Positions 49,881-59,784 of a DNA stretch of 64,000 nucleotides are shown here, one piece after another. The notes beneath the pieces are model-generated. The model was not told where the DNA came from and did not search any database. It saw nothing but the letters and a program-made list of their open reading frames with translations. The position numbers and the translations under genes were made by a program. The DNA comes from a bacterium (GTDB lineage Bacteria; Patescibacteriota; Minisyncoccia; Sungbacterales; SURF-37), in NCBI GenBank assembly GCA_030648055.1, contig JAUSHI010000009.1, positions 47,722 through 111,721 of the forward strand, in the 5' to 3' direction. How positions within the stretch are numbered: the stretch's first letter is position 1; every line of letters begins with the position of its first letter.

Positions 49881-51852
49881 CCTCCAAAGTTTCGTTCAGC
49901 ATTTGGCAGTATAAATTGAAGCCGACTTTGTTGATCGCACCCGATTGTTCGCGGCCGAGAATATTCCCAGCACCCCGGATTTCAAGATCTCTTAACGCGA
50001 TTTCATATCCCGAGCCGAGTTCCGAAAATTCCTGAAGAGCGGTGAGCCGGGCAAGGGCTTTTTCGGTGAGGCTAGCCCGGGCGCCGGTCGCCCTAGGGTT
50101 TTGCGATCGATAAAGGAAATAAGAATAAGCTTGCCTGTCGCCCCGGCCGATCCTGCCTCGCAATTGGTGCGCCTGGGCAAGACCAAGTTTTGTCGCGTCT
50201 TCAACGATGAGTGTGTTTACGTTTGAAAAATCAAGCCCGTTTTCAATGATGGTCGTGGCCAGGAGCATGTCAAATTTTTTATTGCGGAATTCATTCATTA
50301 CCGAGAGCATTTCTTGTTCCGGCATTCTTCCGTGTATTATGCGGATTTTTACTTGCGGAAGAAGTTTGGCAAGTTTTTCTTTGAAAAGGCCCATGGTCTC
50401 TACGCGGTTATGCAGAAAATAGATCTGTCCGCCTCTTGCCAGCTCCTCATTAACGGCTCCGCGGATAATTTTTTGTGAATAGGGCAGTACTATGGTTTTT
50501 ATGGCGATTCTCCCGGGTGGCGGCGTTTCTATTACAGATATGTCCCGGAGGCGCGTTAAGGCCAAAGAAAGAGTCCGCGGTATCGGGGTTGCCGAAAGCG
50601 AGATAATATCAACTTCTCCGCGCATTTCTTTGAAGCGTTCTTTTTGTTTGACTCCGAATTTTTGTTCTTCATCAATTATGGCGAGTCCCAGATTGGCGAA
50701 ATTTATATCTTTTGAAATTAGGCGGTGGGTTCCGATGACTATGTCAATTTTTCCCGAAGAAATTTTGGAAAGAATTTCCTTTTCTTCTTTTTTGGGAGTA
50801 AGCCGTGAAAGGAGGGCTATTGTCACTCCGGTCTCGCTGAAGCGCTCGGTAAAATTCCTAAGATGCTGATCGGCGAGAATAGTGGTCGGGCTTATGAGGG
50901 CGACTTGTTTTCCTGTGGCAACCGCGCGAAAAGCCGCGCGCATGGCAATCTCCGTTTTCCCGAAGCCGACGTCTCCGCAGATAATTCTATCCATCGGTCT
51001 TTTTTTAAGCATGTCGTCTTTAACGTCGTCAGTTGCTTTACGCTGGTCCGCTGTTTCATTAAACGCGAAATTTTCTTCAAATTCCTTTTGAAAGCCCTCG
51101 TTGTCCTGATACGGAGGGCGCGTGGAGAGAGCTCGTTTTTTATAAAGCTCCAGGAGTTCACGCGCCAAAATTTCAGTTGATTCTTTTACTTTTCTTCTTG
51201 TTGTAAACCAAACTGTTCCACCGAGGCGGTGTACGCTCGGCGTTTCAAAGCCGATGTATGGCGAGAGTTTTTTGGCCTGCTCTCTCGGGACAAGCAGGCG
51301 GTCGGGTTCGGTCCTGTTTTTGGGCGGGGCGTATTCCAGCAAAAAATATTCTTTGCCGTTTTCTTTTATTTTTCCGCGGTATATTCCGATACCATGGTCA
51401 AGATGAACCATAAAACTGTTTGGCAGAGTTTTTTCAAGCGACATTCTGAATGAAATCTTCGGCCCCGTTGTTGCCGATTCGCGCTCAAAAATTTTTATGG
51501 TTTCAATAGTGTTTCCGAAAAATTCAATTCTGAAGGGTGATGGTGAGTTTATCGGCCATACTTCAAGGATATTCCCCTGCCAGAGGAATTCTCCCCGGCC
51601 GAAAATTTTTCCGGTTTTTTCATAACCAAAATCAACAAGGTGTCTTAAAACTTGCGACGGCTTGATTGTTTGGCCTTTTTCAAGGAATAACGCCGAATCT
51701 TTCCACGTGTCGGAGGTTTCTTTGGCCTTTTTGATTTGTGATAAGTTTTCCGAAAACCATGAAAACCCCCGTTCTAAAAATTGGGGGGTGATGCGAACTA
51801 TTAAAATTTCTTTTAATTCATTCGGCACGCGGAGCATTTTACGCTCATTCAT
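49846..51852 (-). CDS. mfd: Transcription-repair coupling factor, compact form (short N-terminus, no C-terminal TRCF domain)
   Basis: VHLDHGIG (RID), GDVGFGKT, DEEQ, SATPIPRT, QLRGRIGR, DLEIRGAGNILG. Confidence 0.92.
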   Translation of the reverse strand: MNERKMLRVPNELKEILIVRITPQFLERGFSWFSENLSQIKKAKETSDTWKDSALFLEKGQTIKPSQVLRHLVDFGYEKTGKIFGRGEFLWQGNILEVWPINSPSPFRIEFFGNTIETIKIFERESATTGPKISFRMSLEKTLPNSFMVHLDHGIGIYRGKIKENGKEYFLLEYAPPKNRTEPDRLLVPREQAKKLSPYIGFETPSVHRLGGTVWFTTRRKVKESTEILARELLELYKKRALSTRPPYQDNEGFQKEFEENFAFNETADQRKATDDVKDDMLKKRPMDRIICGDVGFGKTEIAMRAAFRAVATGKQVALISPTTILADQHLRNFTERFSETGVTIALLSRLTPKKEEKEILSKISSGKIDIVIGTHRLISKDINFANLGLAIIDEEQKFGVKQKERFKEMRGEVDIISLSATPIPRTLSLALTRLRDISVIETPPPGRIAIKTIVLPYSQKIIRGAVNEELARGGQIYFLHNRVETMGLFKEKLAKLLPQVKIRIIHGRMPEQEMLSVMNEFRNKKFDMLLATTIIENGLDFSNVNTLIVEDATKLGLAQAHQLRGRIGRGDRQAYSYFLYRSQNPRATGARASLTEKALARLTALQEFSELGSGYEIALRDLEIRGAGNILGREQSGAINKVGFNLYCQMLNETLEEMRGFVQNKSA

Positions 51853-51969
51853 GCTAACATAACGAGTGTTTTTTTTGAAAATGCGTTATTAAAATGTTTT
51901 CGGATTTATTCTAACAAATCAGATGATCGTCGGTTGTGTTAGAATAAAAAATCAATGAACTCGGCGAGT

Positions 51970-52536
51970 TTATTGTGCGTTATATGCGTTCATTATAATT
52001 TCCGGCCGGTTTTCTCTAAGTGTTTCAAGCGCGTTGGCGGTTTGTTTAATTATTTTTGCAATCGCGCGTTTTTCGTTGGGTGTGAATTTTTGCAATACTA
52101 ATTTTTCCGCTGGAACTCTCTTTTTTTTCTGGACACCTATTCTAAACCGCCAATAGGCTTCGGTTTTTAACGCGCGTTTCACTGATTCAACGCCTTTATG
52201 GCCTCCTGAACTTTTATTGAAAGAAAGTTTTGCTCTCCCAAGTTCAATATCGGAATCGTCGTGCACGATAATAACGGCGGAGGGTTTAGTTTTATAAAAA
52301 CGCGCGGCTGGTCCTACTGCGTTTCCGGATTTATTCATAAATGTTTCGGGTAGCACTAAAACCAATTTTTCCTTTCCAAGTTTTGTCTCGGCGACCAGTG
52401 CGTTCCATTTTTTGTTGAATGAAAAATCATTCGCGTTTATTTTTTTGTGGAATGCCAAAAGAACCATGCGCCCGACGTTGTGGCGCGTTTCCTCATATTC
52501 TTTTCCGGGGTTTCCCAGGCCAACTATTAAATACAT
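51970..52536 (-). CDS. pth: Peptidyl-tRNA hydrolase
   Basis: IVGLGNPG.EY..TRHNVG, PETFMNKSG, HDD, GGHKG. Confidence 0.96.
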   Translation of the reverse strand: MYLIVGLGNPGKEYEETRHNVGRMVLLAFHKKINANDFSFNKKWNALVAETKLGKEKLVLVLPETFMNKSGNAVGPAARFYKTKPSAVIIVHDDSDIELGRAKLSFNKSSGGHKGVESVKRALKTEAYWRFRIGVQKKKRVPAEKLVLQKFTPNEKRAIAKIIKQTANALETLRENRPEIIMNAYNAQ

Positions 52537-52700
52537 GCCAATTTTATTTGAGCGGAGCGAAATTATAAAATTGAGCACCCCGCCCTCTAAGTTGTAAGCG
52601 TTTTTTGTGTCCGACAAATGAAATGAGCCGGCTCTTAAAAATAATAATACTCCTATTATGTCATACGGCATAGGGGGCGGGGTTCTGGTTTTTGTTTCAA
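52535..52700. repeat. Family A element, core 52577-52683
   Basis: accccgccctct ... agggggcggggt (compensatory change); arm abuts the pth ATG. Confidence 0.75.
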
Positions 52701-52729
52701 CAGTTCTTCGCCATTTATGGCTTAAACTT

Positions 52730-52758
52730 TTGACAAAAACCGAAAAGTGCGCTAAAAT
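52730..52758 (+). promoter_or_regulatory. sigma70 promoter, probably giving leaderless lepB mRNA
   Basis: TTGACA-N17-TAAAAT, 6 nt before the ATG. Confidence 0.7.
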
Positions 52759-52764
52759 GCGATA

Positions 52765-53316
52765 ATGGATCAGGAAACATCATTTGGAAAGAGCGTAAAA
52801 GAGTTTGTTAAATTTCTTCTTATTGCTTCCGCGATTGCTCTTCCAATACGGTATTTTATAGCACAGCCCTTTATTGTTAAGGGTGCCTCAATGGTCCCCA
52901 CGTTTGAAAACGGACAGTATTTGATTGTTGATGAAGCGACTTATTTTTTGCGTCAGCCGGCGCGCGGCGAAGTAATTGTATTTCGTTATCCGCTTGATCA
53001 GCGGCAATTTTTTATTAAACGCATAATCGGCCTTCCTGGCGAGACGGTAGAGGTAAAAGACGGTAAAGTGAAAATTGATCTTCCAAACGGGAGAGGAGAA
53101 ATGGTTTTGGACGAGCCGTATCTTCCCAAGGACTTGCGAACCGACGGAAATACAAAAGTTGCGCTTGGAATAGAAGATTATTTTGTTCTCGGCGATAATC
53201 GTTCACAGAGTTCAGACAGCAGAATGTGGGGGGTTTTGCCGAGGAGCCTGATAACCGGGCGCGCCTTAATACGGGCTTGGCCGGTTTCTGCGGCAGGTAT
53301 ATTGGTTGGTCACTAA
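52765..53316 (+). CDS. lepB: Signal peptidase I
   Basis: GASMVPT, FIKRIIGLPGE, GDNRSQSSDSR. Confidence 0.95.
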   Translation: MDQETSFGKSVKEFVKFLLIASAIALPIRYFIAQPFIVKGASMVPTFENGQYLIVDEATYFLRQPARGEVIVFRYPLDQRQFFIKRIIGLPGETVEVKDGKVKIDLPNGRGEMVLDEPYLPKDLRTDGNTKVALGIEDYFVLGDNRSQSSDSRMWGVLPRSLITGRALIRAWPVSAAGILVGH

Positions 53317-53344
53317 CATAGAAGGAAAAATAATTTGGACATGC

Positions 53345-53548
53345 CATCCCCCGCCAATTTTGGGGGGCATGCCGGGGCGAAGCGCTTCGCCCAAAAGGGT
53401 TGTCCTATTCGGACACGCGCTTCGCAAAAGTTACTCATGACATTTTTCTTCCAAATATTTGTCCAGTTGTAACGGCAAAATTGGAGGAGGATGCTCATGA
53501 TTGTAACTAAATTTTATTCGCTTGTGCTCTAAAATTTAGACAATCATG
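53345..53548. repeat. Family A variant element
   Basis: catcccccgccaattttg ... caaaattggaggaggatg, then the bulged arm catgattgt[aa]ctaaatttt...aaaatttagacaatcATG. Confidence 0.65.
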
Positions 53549-54967
53549 GCAAAACAAAAAATAAAAGAATTTCGCTCTCCGCGCGGAACACACGATATTC
53601 TTCCCGAAGAACAGAGGTTGTGGGATAAAATCCGGCAGGAAGCGCGGGAAATTTCTCTTTTTTACGGTTTCGACAGGATTGACCCGCCGCATTTTGAGCA
53701 TACCGAACTTTTTGAATTAGGCATCGGGAGCGATACCGAAATAGTTACAAAACAAATGTATTCATTTAGAACAAGGGGTGGCGATTCTTTAACTTTGAGG
53801 CCTGAAGGTACGCCTTCAATTATGCGGGCTTTTTTTGAGCATGGCATGCTGAATCTACCCCAGCCCGTAAAGCTTTATTATTTTGGTTCGTTTTTTCGCC
53901 ACGAATCTCCTCAGCGCGGAAGGTCCCGTGAATTTAACCAATGGGGTCTTGAGCTTATCGGAGAGCAAGGCCCGGTGGCGGACGCGCAGATAATTCAGGC
54001 ACTTTTTGTTTTCTTGAAAGAGCTTGGCCTTAAAAACGCGATTATAGAAATAAATTCCATTGGCTGTGAGGTTTGCAGGCCGCGATATCGCTCGGAACTT
54101 GCCGCGTATTATCGCTCAAGAGCTAAAGGGCTTTGCAAAGATTGTAAAGAAAGATTCCGCCAGAATCCACTGCGCCTTTTGGACTGCAAAGAGGAAAAAT
54201 GCATGATTGTCCGCCAGGGAGCTCCGCAGATTTTGGACCACTTGTGCGAAAACTGTAAAACCCATTTTAAACTGCTTTTGGAATTTCTAGATGAGTCCTC
54301 GCTCCCCTATCTTTTAAATCCATATCTTGTCAGGGGGCTGGATTATTATACTCGGACTGTCTTTGAGGTTTTTGTTGGCGAAGAGGAAGAAAAAAAAGAG
54401 AAGAAGCCCGGGGTGGTGGAGGAGGCCGTTGAAGTTTCGGAAAATAAAGAAGAACCTCCGGATTTAGGTTTGGAGCAAAAAGAAAAAGAGGTAATACCCG
54501 TAAAAGAAGAAGTATCGGAAATGCCAAAGCGTCTTGCGCTTGGGGGTGGAGGTAGGTACGATAATTTGGCGGAGATTATCGGCGGTAAAATTGTTCCGGC
54601 GGTCGGCGCGGCTATGGGCATTGAACGGGTAATTCTTGCTTTAAAGATGCAAGGACATAAAATGCCCGAACCCAACAAGCCAAAAGTATTTTTTGTACAG
54701 CTTGGAGAGCTTGCTCGGAGGAAAAGTTTGCCCCTGATTGAAGAGCTAAGAAAAGCAAGGATTTCAATGGCTGAATCATTGGGTAAGGACAGTATTAAAA
54801 CGCAATTAAAAATTGCTGATAAGGTCGGGGCTGAATACGCGCTTATTTTCGGGCAGAAAGAGGCTCTGGACGGGACTATGATATTGCGCGAGATGTCATC
54901 GGGTATTCAGGAGGCCCTACCGCAGGATAAGCTTATAGAAGCGCTTAAAAAGAGATTGAGGAAGTAA
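53546..54967 (+). CDS. hisS: Histidyl-tRNA synthetase with acidic insertion
   Basis: RGTHD, LRPEGT, FRHESPQRGR.REF.Q, VRGLDYY, GGGRYD, GIER. Confidence 0.97.
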   Translation: MAKQKIKEFRSPRGTHDILPEEQRLWDKIRQEAREISLFYGFDRIDPPHFEHTELFELGIGSDTEIVTKQMYSFRTRGGDSLTLRPEGTPSIMRAFFEHGMLNLPQPVKLYYFGSFFRHESPQRGRSREFNQWGLELIGEQGPVADAQIIQALFVFLKELGLKNAIIEINSIGCEVCRPRYRSELAAYYRSRAKGLCKDCKERFRQNPLRLLDCKEEKCMIVRQGAPQILDHLCENCKTHFKLLLEFLDESSLPYLLNPYLVRGLDYYTRTVFEVFVGEEEEKKEKKPGVVEEAVEVSENKEEPPDLGLEQKEKEVIPVKEEVSEMPKRLALGGGGRYDNLAEIIGGKIVPAVGAAMGIERVILALKMQGHKMPEPNKPKVFFVQLGELARRKSLPLIEELRKARISMAESLGKDSIKTQLKIADKVGAEYALIFGQKEALDGTMILREMSSGIQEALPQDKLIEALKKRLRK

Positions 54968-55176
54968 AGGGCTTTTTCTAAAATTTGTCATTCATAGCCA
55001 CAAATTTTAGCTAAAAAACCTTTACCCAGCCCCTTATGCAGTTCAAAATTAATAACAGTAAATAATGCGGTAGGTTAACATAAGAGAAAACTTAGCCCAG
55101 GCGGCTTAAGGGGCTGGGTGCTCATGTTTGTAGCTAAATTTATTTCGCTATGAGCTCATAAATTTCGACAAACATG
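54965..55176. repeat. Family A element, core 55024-55119
   Basis: acccagcccctt ... aaggggctgggt; arms abut the hisS stop and the HIT ATG. Confidence 0.82.
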
Positions 55177-55512
55177 GAAGATTGTATTTTTTGCAAAATT
55201 GCCGCTAAAATTGTTTCGGCGGACATAGTTTCAGAGGATGATGAAGTAATTGTTTTCAGAGACCTTCATCCCAAAGCGCCGGTACATCTTCTGGTAGTCC
55301 CCAAAGAGCATATCCAGTCCATCGCGTACTTAAAAGAAAATCATTCCGAAATAATAGCGAAGATTATTTACCAAGCGAAGGAAAATGCCGAGAAAATTGG
55401 GTTAAAAGGATATAAATTGGTGTTTAACGTCGGGCGTGAAGGGGGCCAGGTAATTGATCACTTGCATCTTCATCTTCTCGGCGGCTGGGATAAAGCAGAG
55501 GAAGAAGCTTAA
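55174..55512 (+). CDS. HIT family nucleotide-binding protein
   Basis: DCIFCKI, GQVIDHLHLHLLGG. Confidence 0.95.
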   Translation: MEDCIFCKIAAKIVSADIVSEDDEVIVFRDLHPKAPVHLLVVPKEHIQSIAYLKENHSEIIAKIIYQAKENAEKIGLKGYKLVFNVGREGGQVIDHLHLHLLGGWDKAEEEA

Positions 55513-55571
55513 AATAGGTTGTCAGTAGAAGTTATTAAAAGCCAATAAAGCTATAAGTAATAAAAGAAAAT

Positions 55572-55829
55572 ATGGTTTACGCGATTAGAAAACAAAAAGA
55601 AACCACCGGCGCTCTTTTGCGGCGTTTTACAAAAAACGTCCAGCAATCCGGAATTCTTCTTGAGGCAAGGCGTACCCGCTTTTTTTCTAAAAAGAAGAAT
55701 AAGCGTGCGCGAAAAATCAGCGCGTTGAGGAGAATGAAGCTCGGCAAAGAGCGGGAAAAACTTATGAAGCTCGGCCGGTTAAGGCCAAAGGAAAAAAGAC
55801 CCCGCCCGACAAGAGAGCTTTCTTCGTAG
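55572..55829 (+). CDS. rpsU: 30S ribosomal protein S21
   Basis: E....LLRRF...VQQSGIL.EAR..RFF, basic; HIT-rpsU-yqeY synteny. Confidence 0.82.
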   Translation: MVYAIRKQKETTGALLRRFTKNVQQSGILLEARRTRFFSKKKNKRARKISALRRMKLGKEREKLMKLGRLRPKEKRPRPTRELSS

Positions 55830-55874
55830 AGGTTTTTTGTGATGGGTTTTTATGCCAGGTAGTGAAAATTCGAT

Positions 55875-56336
55875 ATGGATACAAAAGAAAAAATAGCGGG
55901 CGATCTGAAAGAGGCCATGAAAAATAAGGAGGAGTTGCGTCTTTCGGTTTTAAGGATGATTTTTTCGGCTCTTCACAATAAAGAAATTGAAAAGCGGGGT
56001 AGGGGCCTGCCCGCGAAGCTTTCCGTGGAAGAAGTAGTCGCTGTATTGAGGACTGAGGTTAAAAAGCGTAAGGACTCCGTAGAAAGTTTTGAAAAAGGAG
56101 GGAGGCAGGAACTTGCCGAAAAAGAGAAGAAAGAGATTAAAATCATTGAGCCGTATTTGCCATCAGAGCTTTCAGATAGCGACTTGGAAAAAATCGTCAG
56201 TGAGGTTGTCGCGGCCGCCGGCGAGGTCACTCAAAAGGATTTTGGCAGGGTTATGGGCGAAGTTATGAAAAAAATTAAAGGCCAAGCATCGGGAGATAGG
56301 GTAAGCGCGCTTGTAAAAAAACACTTGTATAAATAA
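55875..56336 (+). CDS. yqeY: GatB/YqeY domain protein
   Basis: DLKEAMK, LRM, EVKKRKDS...F.KGGR.EL, YLP, GRVM. Confidence 0.93.
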   Translation: MDTKEKIAGDLKEAMKNKEELRLSVLRMIFSALHNKEIEKRGRGLPAKLSVEEVVAVLRTEVKKRKDSVESFEKGGRQELAEKEKKEIKIIEPYLPSELSDSDLEKIVSEVVAAAGEVTQKDFGRVMGEVMKKIKGQASGDRVSALVKKHLYK

Positions 56337-56374
56337 AAAAGCGCGGACTTTTGTCCGCGCGAGCGAGAAGTGTG

Positions 56375-56704
56375 TTAACCAATACCGAGAAGTTTGGCGA
56401 GTCCGCCAGCAAAGATGAGGCAAAGTAGAAGCCACGCGCCGTAGGTGAGCCACCCCGCAAGGGGGAAAAAAAGATGGAGCAATGGCCATGAGAACATAAA
56501 GACCAGTTGGTCCATTAGAAGTGTGTGTTCCCTGCAGTTATTTGGGCTTGTAATCGACCATACTATTTGCCAGAAGGTCTGCGGAACTTTGCAGAGAATG
56601 CGGTTGTGCCAATAAGTTCCGAGTGCCCACCCGATATTGAGGTATAGGGCGAGAAAAACAACATAAAGCATGCTGTATACAGGGTGGTTCCTCAAGTATT
56701 TCAT
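56375..56704 (-). CDS. Small multi-TM membrane protein
   Basis: Hydrophobic ORF with SD GGAGG. Confidence 0.7.
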   Translation of the reverse strand: MKYLRNHPVYSMLYVVFLALYLNIGWALGTYWHNRILCKVPQTFWQIVWSITSPNNCREHTLLMDQLVFMFSWPLLHLFFPLAGWLTYGAWLLLCLIFAGGLAKLLGIG

Positions 56705-56750
56705 TCTTACCTCCAGTTAGGGGTTTTTAAAAAGCTGTCAGTGTGTTTCT

Positions 56751-57137
56751 ATGAAACAATTCGTAGCATTTAAAATAAAAGTTGTCAAGCTATTTCCGCG
56801 GACATTTCATAAAAAACTGCCAAAAAAAACCGCAATAATTGCGGTTTCAAAAAAAGAATCAAGCCTGTTTAACTGGCAGTACCGCGGGAAAAAGAAAGCC
56901 ACCAATGTTCTATCGTTTAGATATGGGTCGGATTACGGCGAGATTTTGATTTGCCCAGAGATTATCAGGCGTGAGGCGAAAAAAGCCGGAAATAATTATA
57001 ATTACCAGCTGACATGGATGATTATTCATGGTATGGTGCATTTAGCGGGCCTTCATCATGAAAAGTCGCAGCTTATACAGAAAAAAGTTGAACGGCTTGA
57101 GGAAAATCTCCTTGGAAAAATATTTGGCGCGTCTTAA
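56751..57137 (+). CDS. ybeY: rRNA maturation endonuclease YbeY (compact)
   Basis: N..YRGK..ATNVLSF, GEILIC, HGMVHLAGLHH. Confidence 0.9.
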   Translation: MKQFVAFKIKVVKLFPRTFHKKLPKKTAIIAVSKKESSLFNWQYRGKKKATNVLSFRYGSDYGEILICPEIIRREAKKAGNNYNYQLTWMIIHGMVHLAGLHHEKSQLIQKKVERLEENLLGKIFGAS

Positions 57138-57149
57138 AAGGGTTAATGG

Positions 57150-58388
57150 ATGCCATTTATGAAGAGCGTTTCAATAGGCATTGACGTAGGAACTACTTTA
57201 ATCACTACGGCGGTTATAAAAAGCGACAAAACAGGAAAGCCGCGGCTTTTGGCTTTGGCAAAAACCCCGTCCAGAGGCGTCAGGAAAGGAACCGTTATTG
57301 AACCTTCAGAGCTTGCGCCCGCCATTAAAGTCTCGGTTGCCGAGGCATCTAAGATTTCGGGATTCAGGATAAAGAGCGCTGTTGTGGGTTTTAGCGGCGC
57401 GGGGGTTGCCTCGTCGCTTTCACGCGGGGTTGTTGCGATTTCTCGACCGGATGGCGAGATTACCGGCGAGGATATAAAACGCGTGATGCAGGCCGCGGAA
57501 GCTCTTCATCCTAAAAATCTAAATAGAGAGATTATTCATATGATTCCCCGCGAATATCGGGTTGACCACGAAAGAGGAATTAAAAATCCGATAGGCATGG
57601 CGGGTATGCGGCTTGAGGTTGATGCTTTGATTATTGACGCTCAAAAAACAGCTCTTCAGAATATGGTCAGGGCCTTTGATATGGCTGGGGTTGAGGTGGA
57701 GGACTGGCTTTTCTCGCCGGTCGCGGCCGCGGAGGCGGTTTTGTCTCAAAGGCAGAAAGAATTGGGTGTAATGCTTTTGGATATCGGGGGCGGCACGACG
57801 GATTACGCTATTTTTTCCGAGGGCGAGTTGGTGGACGCCGGATTGATTCCTTTAGGCGGGGAACACATAAGCCACGACATTGCCTTGGGTTTTAAAACCC
57901 ATATTGATGTCGCTGAAGCGGTGAAGTTAAGATACGGGCAGGTGGTTCCAGATGTTTTTTCAAAACGCGACGTTATAACGCTAACCGAGTTTAGCGGGGA
58001 CGATGAGTCGGTTTATTCTCAAAAAGAGCTTGCCGAAATAATTCAGGCGCGGGTTACCGACATTCTTGAACTTGCCCAGAAAGCGCTTCGGCGCGCAGGA
58101 GCTGATAATCGTCTGCCGGGCGGAGTTGTGGTTATTGGAGGTTCAGCTTTGTTTCCCGGGCTTAAGGAATTTGTTAAAAAAGAAATGCGACTCCCTGTGG
58201 AGAGGGGGGTTGTGCAAGCGATTGAACTTCCCGTCTCTCTCGGCGCAGGAATCAATGTTGCCGTTTCACTTGGTCTTGGCCTGTGGCATTTGCGTGAAGG
58301 TGGTGCATCGTCTGGTCGCTATTTTCCGCCGGTTTTTGGCAAAGCGGCATCTGGCCTTAGGTCATGGCTTAAGATGTTCCTTCCTTAG
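57150..58388 (+). CDS. ftsA: Cell division protein FtsA
   Basis: GIDVGT, NPIGMAGMRLEV, DIGGGTT, VVIGGSA. Confidence 0.93.
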   Translation: MPFMKSVSIGIDVGTTLITTAVIKSDKTGKPRLLALAKTPSRGVRKGTVIEPSELAPAIKVSVAEASKISGFRIKSAVVGFSGAGVASSLSRGVVAISRPDGEITGEDIKRVMQAAEALHPKNLNREIIHMIPREYRVDHERGIKNPIGMAGMRLEVDALIIDAQKTALQNMVRAFDMAGVEVEDWLFSPVAAAEAVLSQRQKELGVMLLDIGGGTTDYAIFSEGELVDAGLIPLGGEHISHDIALGFKTHIDVAEAVKLRYGQVVPDVFSKRDVITLTEFSGDDESVYSQKELAEIIQARVTDILELAQKALRRAGADNRLPGGVVVIGGSALFPGLKEFVKKEMRLPVERGVVQAIELPVSLGAGINVAVSLGLGLWHLREGGASSGRYFPPVFGKAASGLRSWLKMFLP

Positions 58389-58499
58389 CAGGAATTATTA
58401 AAACACTAACCCAGATTTTGTAAAGGTTGTCTTTTAAGGACGCAGGCTTATTATAAAAGAGGAGTTCCACATTTTTAAAAATCTATAATTTTTGTAAAC

Positions 58500-59594
58500 A
58501 TGCCTCAAATAAAACCGGAAATTGAAACATTCGCGCGGATTAAAGTGGTCGGAGTTGGTGGCTCCGGCGGATCGGCGATTACTCGTATGATGGAAGCGCG
58601 GGTCCGTGGGGTTGATTTTATCGCCGTTAATTCTGATGCGCAGGCGCTTCACAACAATAAAGCCAGCCACAAGATTCATATCGGGAAGAATTTGACACGG
58701 GGGCTGGGCGCGGGTATGAACCCCGAAGTAGGCCGCCAGGCCGCTGAAGAAAATCGCGATGAATTGCACGAGAGCTTAAAAGGAGCCGACATGATTTTTA
58801 TTACCTGCGGGCTTGGCGGTGGGACCGGTTCCGGGGCCGCACCCATTGTTGCTGAAGTGGCGAAGGAATCCGGCGCCCTTACGGTCGCTGTCGTAACCAA
58901 GCCATTCGGTTTTGAAGGAAGCCAGAGGATGCGCATAGCTGATGAGGCATGGACAAAGTTAAAGGACAAAGTTGACGCTTTAATTACTATTCCAAACGAT
59001 AGAATTTTAAATGTTATTCAAAAAGACACTTCATTGGTTAAAGCTTTTGAGACATGCGATGACGTTTTAAAACACGCGGTGCAGGGCATTTCGGATTTGA
59101 TAATTATGCCAGGTCTTGTCAATGTTGACTTTGCCGATGTGCGGGCAGTGATGCAAGACGCGGGCTCGGCTCTGATGGGTGTCGGCATTGCTACGGGCGA
59201 GACGAGAGCGGTGGACGCGGCAAAGGCCGCGGTGTCCTCGCCCTTGCTTGATCTTTCAATTGACGGCGCGAAGGGTGTGCTCTTTAATGTTTCGGGTGGG
59301 TCGGATATGACTATGTGGGAAATCAACGAGGCGGCGAAAACCATCACCGAATCAGTTGATCGCGACGCGAAACTTATTTTTGGGGCTGTGCATGACGAAC
59401 GCCTTAAGAAGGGTGAAATTAAGATTACGGTTATTGCTACAGGTTTTAATGGTATGGGTAAGACTTCGGACTCAAAGAAACCGGGAGTTTTTGGGACAAC
59501 CCTTGCCAAGAGTGACGTTTCTTCGCGTATTGAGGTTAAAAGTGAGGATGATGAATGGGATTCGGTACCGGCATTCTTGCGAAGGAAAAAGTAA
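58500..59594 (+). CDS. ftsZ: Cell division protein FtsZ
   Basis: GGGTGSG, NVDFAD, C-terminal VPAFLRR. Confidence 0.98.
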   Translation: MPQIKPEIETFARIKVVGVGGSGGSAITRMMEARVRGVDFIAVNSDAQALHNNKASHKIHIGKNLTRGLGAGMNPEVGRQAAEENRDELHESLKGADMIFITCGLGGGTGSGAAPIVAEVAKESGALTVAVVTKPFGFEGSQRMRIADEAWTKLKDKVDALITIPNDRILNVIQKDTSLVKAFETCDDVLKHAVQGISDLIIMPGLVNVDFADVRAVMQDAGSALMGVGIATGETRAVDAAKAAVSSPLLDLSIDGAKGVLFNVSGGSDMTMWEINEAAKTITESVDRDAKLIFGAVHDERLKKGEIKITVIATGFNGMGKTSDSKKPGVFGTTLAKSDVSSRIEVKSEDDEWDSVPAFLRRKK

Positions 59595-59784
59595 CAATTA
59601 TGATGTTTTATAAAAATGCCCATTGTGTGGGTATTTTTTGTTTTCGGCTCGGTTAAATAAAGAAGCGGTCAAAATGTTCCAAATAGCAAGCGACCGCTTT
59701 CTATTTGGAACATTTCAAATTTTTGTCGTTAATTTGCCTTTAAAAGTTGTGGTTTTCTGAAAAGAAAAAAGCCGCAAGACGCGG

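Noticed and set aside
59663-59715. Possible pseudoknot (aagcggtc/gaccgctt crossing aaatgttccaaatag/ctatttggaacattt)
   Set aside because: A single long hairpin explains it; one copy and no covariation evidence.
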